From positions 28,568 to 92,567 of the forward strand of contig JAYGDX010000195.1 of the NCBI GenBank assembly GCA_046582655.1: DNA of 64,000 nt. Direction: 5' to 3'. Positions 9,564 through 20,500 of the stretch are shown here, piece by piece; the first letter of the stretch is position 1; every line of letters begins with the position of its first letter. The stretch is from Candidatus Poribacteria bacterium (GTDB lineage Bacteria; Poribacteria; WGA-4E; UBA9662). The position numbers and the translations under genes were made by a program. A model generated the notes under the pieces. The model did no database searches. It worked only from the letters and a program-made list of their open reading frames with translations, and was not told the DNA's origin.

Positions 9564-12509
9564 TTATTGTTGATCCGTAATTGAGAGAACATAACGAAAT
9601 CCGATTCCACCATATACTTCTTCGGCAACAGCTTTCTTGCGATTTGTCAGATGTGTGATCTGACCATTTCGAACTTCAAGGCCGCCCCGAATTACTTTTT
9701 CTTCCTTGCCAATTGGGCCTGGCCCAATTGGATTGAACCGCGGTGCAGGATAATATCCCGGAGAATACCAGTCACTAACCCACTCCCACACATTTCCACA
9801 CATGTTATACAAACCATCTTCTGTTTGACCCTTAGCAAATCGACTAACAGGCATAATTCCCATTCCGTCAACCGGATTAACGAAATTGGTAACTAACCCG
9901 TTCCAGCGATCCCCCCAAGGCCAGAAGGTCCTATTATCTTTCTGGGGATTAGAGGACCCAAGCTTTGCTGAGCCGAGAGCCGTACGTTCCCACTCAGCTT
10001 CTGTTGGCAGTCTATATCCCTCGACTGCTTCTATGCTATTAGTTGCAGCACCATTTTTATCTATCAACTCTCCTGTGGCACTATATGATTTAGGCAAGTT
10101 TGCTGATTCACTCAACCAATTACAATATCGCGTTGCGTCATACCAACTGACAAACACAACGGGATAACTTGCCATACCTGCAGGATACCCGCCATCTACC
10201 CAATGCGGGGGAATCGGATGAGCAGTTGCATCGACAAACTCCTTATACTCAGCATTCGTCACTTCAAACCGACCGATAAAATATGAAGATAACGTAACTT
10301 CATGCTCTGGTTTTTCATCTTCCTCACCAGTTGCATTGCCCATCAAGAAGCCTTGATCGTTCCTAGAAATATAGATCATCCCCAGTGGGGGAACCAATTC
10401 TATTGAAGATGAGAAAGTTTTCGTCTCATTATCTGCCCAATCCCTGAATTTCACCCACACTTTTTTTTCGCCAGGATGAGAATTGATATTCCATTTCTTT
10501 GAGGAAGAAAACGGCTCCCATTCAACTATTTGATCTATTCGTGACTGGAAGTTCTTATTATTGGAAATCATCATTTTGGAAACACCACTCTGGTCGGTGA
10601 TAGCAAACGATAAACGCACTATAGAGGATGACGTTTGGGAATTTCCACCATTAATTAAAAAACCATTCGGTAACACAATGGGAGCATTGTCATCCATTCT
10701 TAGCTCTCTTTTAATAAAGGTTGTGTCGCCTATAAACACAGTAACTGATGATATAATTAATTTGTTATCCTCTCGAAGAACAGAATATCGGTTGTCTTGT
10801 TCCACATCAGATACCAACCAATGGCGTGATTCCTGTACCAAAGTCACCAATACTTTGCTTGGAACCTCAATTCCAGCAGACCTAAGCTCATTCCTGAAAG
10901 TTTGCGAACATAGGCATTTATCAAGTTCCGTAACTCGTTGGTCTGTTACAGGGACACTCGATGAGATTTCCTCTAAAGAATACTTCCCTGCTACAAGTTT
11001 TAAGTGATAACTGCCCGCAGGGATATTTGAAATTGTTACAGGTGTTTCATAAGACTTGGTCAATTTATCTAGATAAATTTTTTCAGTAGAAAATTGAGGT
11101 TTTAGAGTTAGCGTTGCACCCGAAGGGTCGGATATGACTGTAATACTCCCAGCGCCTCGGGTCATCTTTAATATTGGAACCTTAGTAACTTCACCTGCTC
11201 GAATTAAAACGGTCCGCTTCTCCGGCAGATAGAAAGGGCGGTCTATTTCAAGTTTACTCATCCGTAAGACTTGCGCAGACTTCGGATATCCCCGTTTAAG
11301 TTTATCTTTTAACGTAATAGTCAGCCGCAACTTCTGTTCAGTCCCCGGCGCACCTTCGACTTCCTTCTCAGGAATGCCTATAATTTCTGTATTTTCTTCG
11401 GCTTGAATTCTATTTACTCTCGCATCATCGGCTCGAAGCTCCTGTTTCTCAAGATATTCCTGAGAAGTAACTACTTTATTTTGATCGCCATCCAAGATAG
11501 CAAAAATACCTTCTGCGCCAGCACTAGGATAATAACTCAGGTACTCATCTAACGGTATTTCTCTATCATTATTAACATCTATTCTGTTAAAAATCAGTTC
11601 ATAACCTTCACTAAGTGAAGACACAAGCTCTATTTTCTTTATTTGATCATATACTTGCTTAATTCTTGTTCTAAATAGAAACTCACCTTGCGCTATCTCA
11701 ACTATATCCCCTGAAGCAAACTTGGACGTATCCCCAACATATATCTGTTGAGCAGTAGCTTTTGCCTTCTGAGTCAGCACCGCATAGACTTCAGAATTAT
11801 CAATCTTCTGGATTGAAATAGCACTTTTGACCGGAAAGTCATTTCTACTAGCAATACTACTGACATACACTTTAATCTGAGAAGCACCAGGTTCAACATC
11901 CTCAGCAAGATATGCGGGTGCAACAACAGGAACGGCAAAGATTCGCGGACTTTTAGGAGGATTAATCTTGAAGATCCTCGCATTGCCAGATTCCCCAACT
12001 TCCCCTGTTGTAGTTTCAAACGTATTTATTAAAGGAGGCCGAATAAATAATGCAGGTATTGCATCAACTACCCCGATACGAACAATCTCATGGTCGCTTA
12101 CTCTTTTTGGCAGGTTACCATCTTGGTTTTGCTCTATACGAACGGTATCGCCCACAGCAAAACTACGGCTACTACGTACCAATATTCGGTCATGACCAAC
12201 ATCAGCAGCCCGAATAAGCGGAACCGGATTCCCAATTGGCTTAACAGTATCAGCTTTCTGCTTAGTTTCGATTTCTTCCGGTCTTCTTTTTTGTGCGCGT
12301 CTTAATTCACGATCAATACGAATAACAGCATCTGGGGGATCTGTTTCAATATAAAGATAGCCAAAATTTTCGGACTGGTCTTGTGCCAATACTACATTAT
12401 TTTCCAATACACCTGCTGAAAACAAAAAGATAATCAGCATTATCCATCCAAAAAACAACCCTCTGTTTAAAGATTGCAACAACTGGTTCAAATCTTTCGG
12501 CCTTCCCAT
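9564..12509 (-). CDS. Multidomain envelope protein: PEGA domains, inserted beta modules, EF-hand pair, Ig-like domain, C-terminal FGE-sulfatase (SUMF1/GldK-like) domain
   Basis: GYLYIETDPPDAVIRID and GSITVISDPSGA (PEGA); DVNNDREIPLDEY and DGDQNKVVTSQEY (EF-hands); EVTNAEY, PVVFVSWYDA, RLPTEAEWE, GLYNMCGNVWEW, IGFR (FGE). Confidence 0.8.
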   Translation of the reverse strand: MGRPKDLNQLLQSLNRGLFFGWIMLIIFLFSAGVLENNVVLAQDQSENFGYLYIETDPPDAVIRIDRELRRAQKRRPEEIETKQKADTVKPIGNPVPLIRAADVGHDRILVRSSRSFAVGDTVRIEQNQDGNLPKRVSDHEIVRIGVVDAIPALFIRPPLINTFETTTGEVGESGNARIFKINPPKSPRIFAVPVVAPAYLAEDVEPGASQIKVYVSSIASRNDFPVKSAISIQKIDNSEVYAVLTQKAKATAQQIYVGDTSKFASGDIVEIAQGEFLFRTRIKQVYDQIKKIELVSSLSEGYELIFNRIDVNNDREIPLDEYLSYYPSAGAEGIFAILDGDQNKVVTSQEYLEKQELRADDARVNRIQAEENTEIIGIPEKEVEGAPGTEQKLRLTITLKDKLKRGYPKSAQVLRMSKLEIDRPFYLPEKRTVLIRAGEVTKVPILKMTRGAGSITVISDPSGATLTLKPQFSTEKIYLDKLTKSYETPVTISNIPAGSYHLKLVAGKYSLEEISSSVPVTDQRVTELDKCLCSQTFRNELRSAGIEVPSKVLVTLVQESRHWLVSDVEQDNRYSVLREDNKLIISSVTVFIGDTTFIKRELRMDDNAPIVLPNGFLINGGNSQTSSSIVRLSFAITDQSGVSKMMISNNKNFQSRIDQIVEWEPFSSSKKWNINSHPGEKKVWVKFRDWADNETKTFSSSIELVPPLGMIYISRNDQGFLMGNATGEEDEKPEHEVTLSSYFIGRFEVTNAEYKEFVDATAHPIPPHWVDGGYPAGMASYPVVFVSWYDATRYCNWLSESANLPKSYSATGELIDKNGAATNSIEAVEGYRLPTEAEWERTALGSAKLGSSNPQKDNRTFWPWGDRWNGLVTNFVNPVDGMGIMPVSRFAKGQTEDGLYNMCGNVWEWVSDWYSPGYYPAPRFNPIGPGPIGKEEKVIRGGLEVRNGQITHLTNRKKAVAEEVYGGIGFRYVLSITDQQ

Positions 12510-12766
12510 TTTCTATCTATAGAATATACAAAAGCTAGGATCTCGGCAACAGCTCGATAAAACTCCGGGGGGATTTCCGTGCCAACCTCTAGTTTAACAA
12601 GCGCTTCTACAACCTCGGGTTGCTCGTAAACTGGCACATCATGCAGATCTGCAATCTCCAAGATCTGTTTTGCGATTTCTCCTTCTCCAGCGGCAACGAT
12701 GTGCGGAGCCATACGTTCATCTGGTGCATAACGAAGTGCTACTGCCTTTTGGCGTGGGGTTCTCAT
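12488..12766 (-). CDS. FlhB C-terminal domain homolog (EscU/YscU/HrcU family, FlhX/YlqH-like)
   Basis: KAVALRY...APHIVAAGEGEIAKQILEIADLHDVPVY...EIPPEFYRAVAEILAFVY. Confidence 0.92.
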   Translation of the reverse strand: MRTPRQKAVALRYAPDERMAPHIVAAGEGEIAKQILEIADLHDVPVYEQPEVVEALVKLEVGTEIPPEFYRAVAEILAFVYSIDRKWEGRKI

Positions 12767-14121
12767 GCACTAACGTCAACCCGTACAAGGTCACTCTGCG
12801 AGGCTGCAGTTATCGGGATCATATCAATACCGATTTTGCCCTTATCAACAACCTGGAGATGTATATCCTCTAGATTGTAATTCAAAGCTTTCATCCGAGA
12901 GAGCAAATTACCTTTTTCCCGCTCAATAAAAGAATTGTATGACAAATCCTCAGTAAGAATAGCACAAATCATATCACGATGCAAGACATGTAGATTAACT
13001 TTGAGAGTTCCTAGATTTTCAGTTTCGATCACCATCTGTAATTGAAAATTTTCGAGATCAATCTCATCTGAAGAGTCACTTCTACCTAATATCTCTGCTG
13101 TTAAATGCTTATCATCATAGTCAAGAGGGATCTGCAAATAGAACTGCCCTCCATTAATAATGTCACGATTCCTTGCAATCTCATGCGAATCGATGCTTGC
13201 GAAGACCTGTTCTATGGCTTCTATAGTCTGCGACAAATTTCTGCGCACTGCATTACGAAGTCCATTTTCCGCCAGACTATCTTTAACCTGTAAATTTAGC
13301 CGTAACAGTAGCACTTTCAAATTACGATTTGTATTCTTTGAAAACTCTTGTATACTCTCTGGAGAGTTCAAAAGCGCCAATAACTTTGCCTCGTATCCCA
13401 ACCCAAGTTGATTCATGAACTGACTGATTTGATCAGCAAAATCGGCATCATTAGGGTTAAGAGACACAAACTGTAAAATTTGGTTAATTAACGACGAGTT
13501 AATCCCTTTGGGTAAGTTTTTGAGTAACAAATCCAAGGAATTTTTCAGGTGCTGAAGTTCGTTGACAAAGCTTCGCCTCTGCTCAAAAACAAGTTGTAAC
13601 GCACTGATTAAATGAGACTGTGGTGGCAGTTTTAATAGCCATGCTGTTGTTATCAAATTGGGGGATAAATTAGATTCGATATCGAAAGCTGACGCGTAGT
13701 TCAATAGACTTTCCAAGTTTTCTGCGTTAAGCGGTATATTATACGCCACCAAAGATTTGGCCAAAGCCTTCGCTTGGGCATCTACAGAAAAATTAAGACT
13801 TTCTAATAACTCAGCAATACTTTTAGACCTATTTGTAACGTTGGTACTATGTGACGTTAACCTTACTGTAACATGCTCATCAAGTGACAGTACCCGCCCC
13901 TGCACGCTATCCTGTGGATTCAACTCGATATTCGTTTCAACGACAAGATTCAAACCATCAAAAGCAACCAGAAACCTATTTCCAGCGACTTGCCGTAAAA
14001 CTCTACCGCTGACAGAATCTCCAACTTTTAAATTTGCTCTAAAATTTTCAAGACCCTGATCGGACGCACGAGAGCCGTACTGTTTGACAATGCCAAATTG
14101 AGGTTGTAAATTCACGTTCAT
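12763..14121 (-). CDS. FliK-like protein (YlqG-like) with C-terminal hook-length-control domain
   Basis: FYLQIPL...LQMVIETENLGTLKVNLHV...LLSRMKALNY...VRVDVSA; coupled by ATGA overlap to the FlhB-C gene. Confidence 0.7.
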   Translation of the reverse strand: MNVNLQPQFGIVKQYGSRASDQGLENFRANLKVGDSVSGRVLRQVAGNRFLVAFDGLNLVVETNIELNPQDSVQGRVLSLDEHVTVRLTSHSTNVTNRSKSIAELLESLNFSVDAQAKALAKSLVAYNIPLNAENLESLLNYASAFDIESNLSPNLITTAWLLKLPPQSHLISALQLVFEQRRSFVNELQHLKNSLDLLLKNLPKGINSSLINQILQFVSLNPNDADFADQISQFMNQLGLGYEAKLLALLNSPESIQEFSKNTNRNLKVLLLRLNLQVKDSLAENGLRNAVRRNLSQTIEAIEQVFASIDSHEIARNRDIINGGQFYLQIPLDYDDKHLTAEILGRSDSSDEIDLENFQLQMVIETENLGTLKVNLHVLHRDMICAILTEDLSYNSFIEREKGNLLSRMKALNYNLEDIHLQVVDKGKIGIDMIPITAASQSDLVRVDVSA

Positions 14122-14636
14122 AAATCTTTTCTAGCCAAACGCTCAATCTCCATCCCAAGCCCTTCAGGCGTTAAATTCACATTTTTATTGATGATCTGAC
14201 GAACCTGATCGTTAGAACGATTGAAATCCCCAATACAATAATATGTTTGAGCAAGAATTAAGTGAATCGTTTTCTTATTAAGATGCGGATTGAACGATGA
14301 AACATAATCTTGTGATGCATTTATGAAAGCTCTGTTTGCTGCATCAAGCGCCTTGGTAAACTGATCACGTGCTAGATAAATCCCAGCTAAAGCAATATTC
14401 GCATCGATATTTGAGGGCTCTGCGGACAAGACATTGCTCATTAAATCAAACGCTTCACCCAGATCCCCCTCCTCGATTAGCAACCCGGCTTTCTTAATGC
14501 TGTCGGCTTGATCTACAAGTTCCTCAGTGACAGTCAAAGTGTTATCAAAGTCTCTATCACTACAGCTAAAGATACAGATAGAAACCGCAATAGCAAGAAT
14601 TCTAAGAAATAGCGTTTGAATATAATTGTTTTTCAT
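14118..14636 (-). CDS. TPR lipoprotein
   Basis: Start moved to ATG 14636 (MKNNYIQ...); lipobox IFSC; TPR helices (AFDLMSNVLSAEPSNIDANIALAGIYL; HLILAQTYY). Confidence 0.75.
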   Translation of the reverse strand: MKNNYIQTLFLRILAIAVSICIFSCSDRDFDNTLTVTEELVDQADSIKKAGLLIEEGDLGEAFDLMSNVLSAEPSNIDANIALAGIYLARDQFTKALDAANRAFINASQDYVSSFNPHLNKKTIHLILAQTYYCIGDFNRSNDQVRQIINKNVNLTPEGLGMEIERLARKDL

Positions 14637-14637
14637 T

Positions 14638-16446
14638 CTAAAACTCAAAAACATTGGTGGAAGGAGGAATATTCTGATTTCTTGTATCCTTGCCAACAAT
14701 ACTAACAATAAGTTTCTGGCCTTTACTTGGTGGCGTGCTCAAAGAGTAACGACAAAACCAAACTCCTCTTGAGGAACCAATCTTCTTTAAATTAATGGTT
14801 TGAGGAAGAACATCAGGTACTTCTGGAATAACAAAAGCGGCTGTCATCTCAGAAACATCAGACATAATTGCAATAACTTTAAATTCATTTTTCGCAATAG
14901 GATTTCGAATTAACATAATCGGAAAAGTCCTGGTTTTCTCTTCAGGTAGATCGAAGACTGTTACATTGATTGAAGACTCGTCGATCTTCTTCCCTTCAAA
15001 AACGGCACGAATGACTATCTTTTCAGCCGATCCAACCCAATCTCGCTGTGGGCGAAGAATAACAACAAGATTTTTAACTAATACATCAACATGCTCAGAT
15101 GGCGAGACGTCCCACACAATCTCATTGATTGCTGCTTTCGGTTCGATATCAGTATATCTCTCAAGTTCTAGTTTATGCTCCTCATTTCTTAATAAAGTCA
15201 ACTCACTTGGCATCACTAGATCAATCCTAACAAAAGGAAGAGGCTCGACAACAATACGCATTATCGCTGTATCATAATTTTCGTCGGGATCCGCCACTTT
15301 CAATTTTATGTCAAAATGTTGTTCAGAATCTATCGGATTGTTGGTGCGAAATGCCAGTCGGGGAGGATTATCCACAATCCCCTTCGATCTATCAACTTTG
15401 TCTAAGCTGACGCCAGAAACTTTTAGCTCTACTGGTAATTGTCCAACCTCCCATTTCAACTCGGCATTCTTATTGTCCTCATCCTGAACATAATTATCCA
15501 GCAATATAATTCCTTCTGCCCCCACGCGAAACCTTAGTTCAGGAAGTGCTTTGATAATCGGAACATCCTGATTTACCACATATATCACGGTTGAATCAAC
15601 TGCAAGCGATTCGCCTATTTTTAAGGAAAGCCTTAATGTAACCTTGATCTCATCTTCTCGTGTCTTCGGCAATACTGGACGAATGATAAGCTGGTTGGCC
15701 GCATTTTTATCGATCTCAATAGGCCGGCCAAATTTATCTTCTGCATTAACTGCCCAATTTAACAGTGGTTTACCTTCACTTCCTGAAACAATTGCGAAAT
15801 CGTCTAGATTAATGTTATCTCCCGGATTATCATAGACAAATCTTTGCAAGCCAAATTTGTCTATTTGAAGCAATGTACTCTTGACCTGAATTTTTGCTCC
15901 AACCACATCTTTAAAGGACTTTGGTTCTGCCCGCCCCTCATTAAATTGTGTGAAAAACGTGTATTTGCCTCGATCCCAGTCTTCTTGATCAACATTAAAC
16001 TTAATCTCTACTGTTCCTTCACCAATCGCAACAAAATGTATTGTTGCAATGACACCTTCGCCCTTAGGATACGGTAGTGCGTTTGAAACGATGGCAAAGC
16101 CAACCTCGCGATTGTTAATTAACTTATTTAAAGCCACATTGCCAGTATAGAAATTTCCTTGATCGAAGGGTCTCACAGGATCCTTTATTCGCAATTTATC
16201 AGGTTTAAACGATAGATATATTTCTGCAGCTGAGCTTGGCGTTTGACCAACATCTGCAAAGACATCAAGTGTGATTATATCTCCTTGCTGGACAACAATC
16301 TCATTCCTTTGCGTTGCCTTACTCCTTAACTCTATCTTTGCCGCATGCACAGCAAAACCAAAAGACATAATGAGGACCAAACAAATCCCTAATGACCATC
16401 TTATCCATTTAAACTGAGAATATAAATAACGCAAGTGTATTTTCAT
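14638..16446 (-). CDS. Secreted cohesin-domain protein with tandem Ig/cadherin-like repeats
   Basis: Signal peptide; VQQGDIITLDV...AAEIYLSFKPDKLRI...GEGVIATIHFVAIGEGTVEIKF (cohesin); repeated I.LDD(F/Y)...L.W and KVADPD units. Confidence 0.7.
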   Translation of the reverse strand: MKIHLRYLYSQFKWIRWSLGICLVLIMSFGFAVHAAKIELRSKATQRNEIVVQQGDIITLDVFADVGQTPSSAAEIYLSFKPDKLRIKDPVRPFDQGNFYTGNVALNKLINNREVGFAIVSNALPYPKGEGVIATIHFVAIGEGTVEIKFNVDQEDWDRGKYTFFTQFNEGRAEPKSFKDVVGAKIQVKSTLLQIDKFGLQRFVYDNPGDNINLDDFAIVSGSEGKPLLNWAVNAEDKFGRPIEIDKNAANQLIIRPVLPKTREDEIKVTLRLSLKIGESLAVDSTVIYVVNQDVPIIKALPELRFRVGAEGIILLDNYVQDEDNKNAELKWEVGQLPVELKVSGVSLDKVDRSKGIVDNPPRLAFRTNNPIDSEQHFDIKLKVADPDENYDTAIMRIVVEPLPFVRIDLVMPSELTLLRNEEHKLELERYTDIEPKAAINEIVWDVSPSEHVDVLVKNLVVILRPQRDWVGSAEKIVIRAVFEGKKIDESSINVTVFDLPEEKTRTFPIMLIRNPIAKNEFKVIAIMSDVSEMTAAFVIPEVPDVLPQTINLKKIGSSRGVWFCRYSLSTPPSKGQKLIVSIVGKDTRNQNIPPSTNVFEF

Positions 16447-17588
16447 TTTGAAGCGAGGATATTTCTGACTGCCAAAACTCTTTTGACATAGCTGCGAGTT
16501 TCGGTCGGAAGTGTTTTACTTCGACGAACCCGAGTCGGTCCCGCATTATAAGCAGCTAATGCCATTGATTCATCTTTAAAAGTTTTTAACTGTTGGCTTA
16601 GATACTTTGCACCACCGAGCAAATTTTGTTGTGGATTAAAGACATTTATAACACCCATTTCGCGAGCAGTTGGAATTCTAAGTTGAGTTAACCCTATAGC
16701 CCGCTTAGGCGAAACGGCTTTATAGTTTCCGGCTGATTCAATATAAACCAATGCTTTCAACAAATTAGGGTCAACGCCATTGCGAGATGCTGCGTGTGTG
16801 ATCAACCTATCATAACGACGCAAGCGAAGTAAGATGGTCGAATCAAGTTCCGCAATTAACGGACTTGCTTGCTCCGAGTCTGCCCATTGATTTAGTGTTG
16901 GGACAACAGATAGCGATTTGTCTAATTCATTTTCCTTTGGAATTGCTGTTAAGGTTTGATTTAAATCAGAATCAGTTTCTTTGATAGCATCCGCTGCTCC
17001 ACCATCAATAGAAGTAACCGCAACATCCTGAATTCTAGGAGTAATCAAGTGGGATACACGAGCAGCTTTGCCAGTTCCCCCAACTTTAGCAAGACGATTT
17101 TTGGCTTGTCTCGAAGCCAAGCCAGCCCCGGCAAATGAATTATTTAGCGAATTTGCATTGACATCTATAGCAGGAAAAGAAGGTGCTCGACTGGAGTTGC
17201 CATTTACTCGGGATACCTGAGCGCTCACCGTTGCCGTCGCAGACGACGCAACAGATTTCGTCGCCTGCGAATTGCTACTCACTAAAGCCCTACGGAACTT
17301 CGCCGGATCAAGATCTACCAGTGACTTTCCATATAAAGAAGCATCCACACGGACACTCCAACTTTCCAAGACACGGAATCCTTTTACCAACGCGCTACCA
17401 CCGTTATAAACAATATACGTCGATGGATCCGAAGTTGTATATTCGATCCTTGTATTACCACGGTAATCCATTAGCATCAGTTTATAAACATGCTTAACGT
17501 TGGCATTTGCAAAGACCGAAAAATACAGAAGAAAGGTAAGGCTGGCTAAAGAGAGAGCGAAAGCATTTCTTTTGAGACGAAGAATCAT
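16443..17588 (-). CDS. Secreted lytic transglycosylase (SLT domain at C-terminus)
   Basis: LLKALVYIESAGNYKAVSPKRAIGLTQL...NLLGGAKYL...ALAAYNAGP...ETRSYVKRV. Confidence 0.92.
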   Translation of the reverse strand: MILRLKRNAFALSLASLTFLLYFSVFANANVKHVYKLMLMDYRGNTRIEYTTSDPSTYIVYNGGSALVKGFRVLESWSVRVDASLYGKSLVDLDPAKFRRALVSSNSQATKSVASSATATVSAQVSRVNGNSSRAPSFPAIDVNANSLNNSFAGAGLASRQAKNRLAKVGGTGKAARVSHLITPRIQDVAVTSIDGGAADAIKETDSDLNQTLTAIPKENELDKSLSVVPTLNQWADSEQASPLIAELDSTILLRLRRYDRLITHAASRNGVDPNLLKALVYIESAGNYKAVSPKRAIGLTQLRIPTAREMGVINVFNPQQNLLGGAKYLSQQLKTFKDESMALAAYNAGPTRVRRSKTLPTETRSYVKRVLAVRNILASK

Positions 17589-17594
17589 GGAATC

Positions 17595-20500
17595 CTATTT
17601 CAGAATAACCATTTTCTTGATAGCATCATAATGGTTAGTAACCAACTCGTAGAAGTAAACACCACTTGCGACCTTCTCCCCAAAATCGTTTTGGCCATCC
17701 CAATAAATCGCATGATTTTTGCGGGTGTAATCACCAACCGGTTGAATACCTATATCTATGCGGCGAATTTGCTGACCAGTTGCATCATAAACCATAATCG
17801 TGACAGGAGATGGCTGGCTGAGGCGGTAAGGAATCCAAGTCTCAGGATTAAACGGGTTAGGATAATTTTGAATCAATTCTGTCTGAGAAGGCACTTTCAG
17901 AGGTTCAATAGACCTGTTCCAAACATCCGGCAACTTCACTAGATTCTGGTCATCACCAACAATAGTCAATTCCTTAAACCGAAGTTCCGATATGTTATCC
18001 GTACGTGCAATAAAGCGAAACTTCGCTAACGACCCTGACCCCACGATACTATCTTCGTTGCCAGCAATCATATTGGCAACAATAATCTTCCTAGTACCGT
18101 AATTTGTCTCATAGTCACGGCTAATAAAGAAAGGCTGAGAACGATCAGCATTTTCTTGGAAGAGCTCACCTTCTTGAACCGAGTCTTCAATCAATTTCAG
18201 AGATTGCGGGTCGTATTCAACTTCAAACGCATATCCTCTGACTCTGTTGAAGTCTGCAACGAAACTCACATTGATTACCTCATTCATCTGCACGACTTCA
18301 GGTGTAATTGGCATACTCAGGCGAATGACATCGCTGATGATACTCGGTGCAGCCGCAGGAGGCGGGCCACTAGACACTGTTGGAGGAACTCCCAGTTTAC
18401 CAAAGTTGCGAGCCAGAATCGAAAAATCGCTAAGATTCACTTTTCCATCATTGTTGATGTCCGCATCCTTATTGAAAATATCACTGCCCTCAACAGTCCC
18501 AAAAACGGTCATCAAAGTACTCAAGTCAGCAATATTTATGCGGTTATCATTATCAACATCACCACCAGTTAATCGCTGGGATTTTCCTCCCTGCGAGTAA
18601 ATATTAATATCCTGCAATTTGTCACCGGGGACCACACGAAGCACATAAGAATTTGTCCCCCTAGTTTTAGACATATACTGACCGCGAATATATGATGGGG
18701 CTTTGGCAACTAATTCCCACGTACCTGTTGGGATGCCATTAATGGTATAAGTTCCGTCAGGTTTTGGCGTTATTTGAATCCCCTCTAAGGCGGGATCCTC
18801 ATCATTAGTGATACTGGTGATAACTTCCTGATCAACACTGACCGCAGCCTCTTTATTAGCATTCGGTTTCGGTGCGGGAACGGCACTTAATCCGATTGGT
18901 ATATCCTTCATTTGACCAGGCCGTCGAAGAGCGAAGGTAATCAGTGATGAATGATCCTGACGACCTTCAAGCAAAATTTTTCCCGTGATGCTTGCATAAG
19001 GAACGACTTGAACGCGGAGAGCGGGGTTAACTGCAATAGGAGATATATCTTCAACATCAGCACTTTCGTTAACCGCGACAACTGATGTACTGCGATTGTT
19101 CGTAGCTTCATCAAAATCGAACGAAATCGTGGTATTAATCGGGCGCGTGCCAACATCCTTTTTAACTTTAAAACCGATTTTAGCTAGTGTCCGATACTCA
19201 TTCAATTTAACTATCGAGTTTGCATTCTTGACAACAACGCTATAATCCAATTGGTAACCACTGATTCCATTGGCCATGCTATCTTCAACAGTATCCCCAT
19301 GGTTATCATTTTCTAAGATCTCCTGCTGATTTGCTTCGGCGTCATCGAAATCAAACACTAATGTCTTCTTGTAATCCTCAAGTTGCTGGCCTGTCGGATT
19401 CTCAATCCCCTGTATTCGCAATTCGTCAGATGAAGAAAGCTGACGAAAAGGTTGCTCGGCATTTCCCACTTGAAGGAAACGGTCATCAAAAGTAAGGTAT
19501 ATACTGGCACCTGAAATCGCAATAGCCGAACTACGAAGTTGCACAGCAACATCAAACTCTTCTCCTGGGCCAGCTACAAGAGCATTAGGCCGCAAACGGA
19601 TTTGAACTTTACGGATAGTCAATGTTCCTGAACTAATATCATATCCCTCATTACCACTACTATCAGCAATCCTTGCATAGATATAGTAGGAACCATTGAG
19701 ATTAACCCCGTTCTCTGATTCAAAAGATTGGATATCCCAAGAATAACTATCCTGTCCAATATTGGTTGGAGTGGCAGACACACCTTCAGCAATCGTACCA
19801 GATAGGCTTGTGCTTTGGTTGCCGATCGAATCAATTAGTATATCTATAGCTGTTTCTGTGTGCCTCTGATGGTAGTACAAGCTAACTGAAACGCCATTAT
19901 TATCTAGGTCCTCGCTGAGCCACGATAAGGTGAATTCGGTAATGGCTTTAGACCCTTCACGAATTGGTGAAATAAGTTTGATAAGGGGAGGATAAGTAAT
20001 AATAACTTTCCCATCACTTCGCACCGCTTTTTGTTTTATTTGCTTCTCTGTTTTTGAGCCAGAATCTCTGTCACTAATAATTGCGTAGATGTAGACCCCA
20101 TCTTTACTCTCTGGCACGCGTGCGGTGGTAAAATCCCACTTATACTGTCCTAGTGTCCCATCATCATCTTCAGATAGATCGACAACAATAAGCTCCGCAT
20201 TTTCACTCAGTGAAACAACGTCGGCAGTTGACAAATCCAGAGGACTGTAAAACAGATTGATTCTGGCATTACCTCGATTTTTTTTATCATTCCACTGAAT
20301 TACAAAAGAGCCATCAGTAACAGCAGTATCATCCTTTGGAGAGAGGTTCGAGATATCTACGTCATGCCGAACCTCAATTTTACCAAAGCTACGTGCAAGA
20401 TCTGAGGAGATCGCTGTAAAGTCCTCAATAATGCCGTAAATTGTATAGGTTCCTTCAGGAATTTCATGAGTGTCCCAAACAATTGAGGTTACTTCACTTC

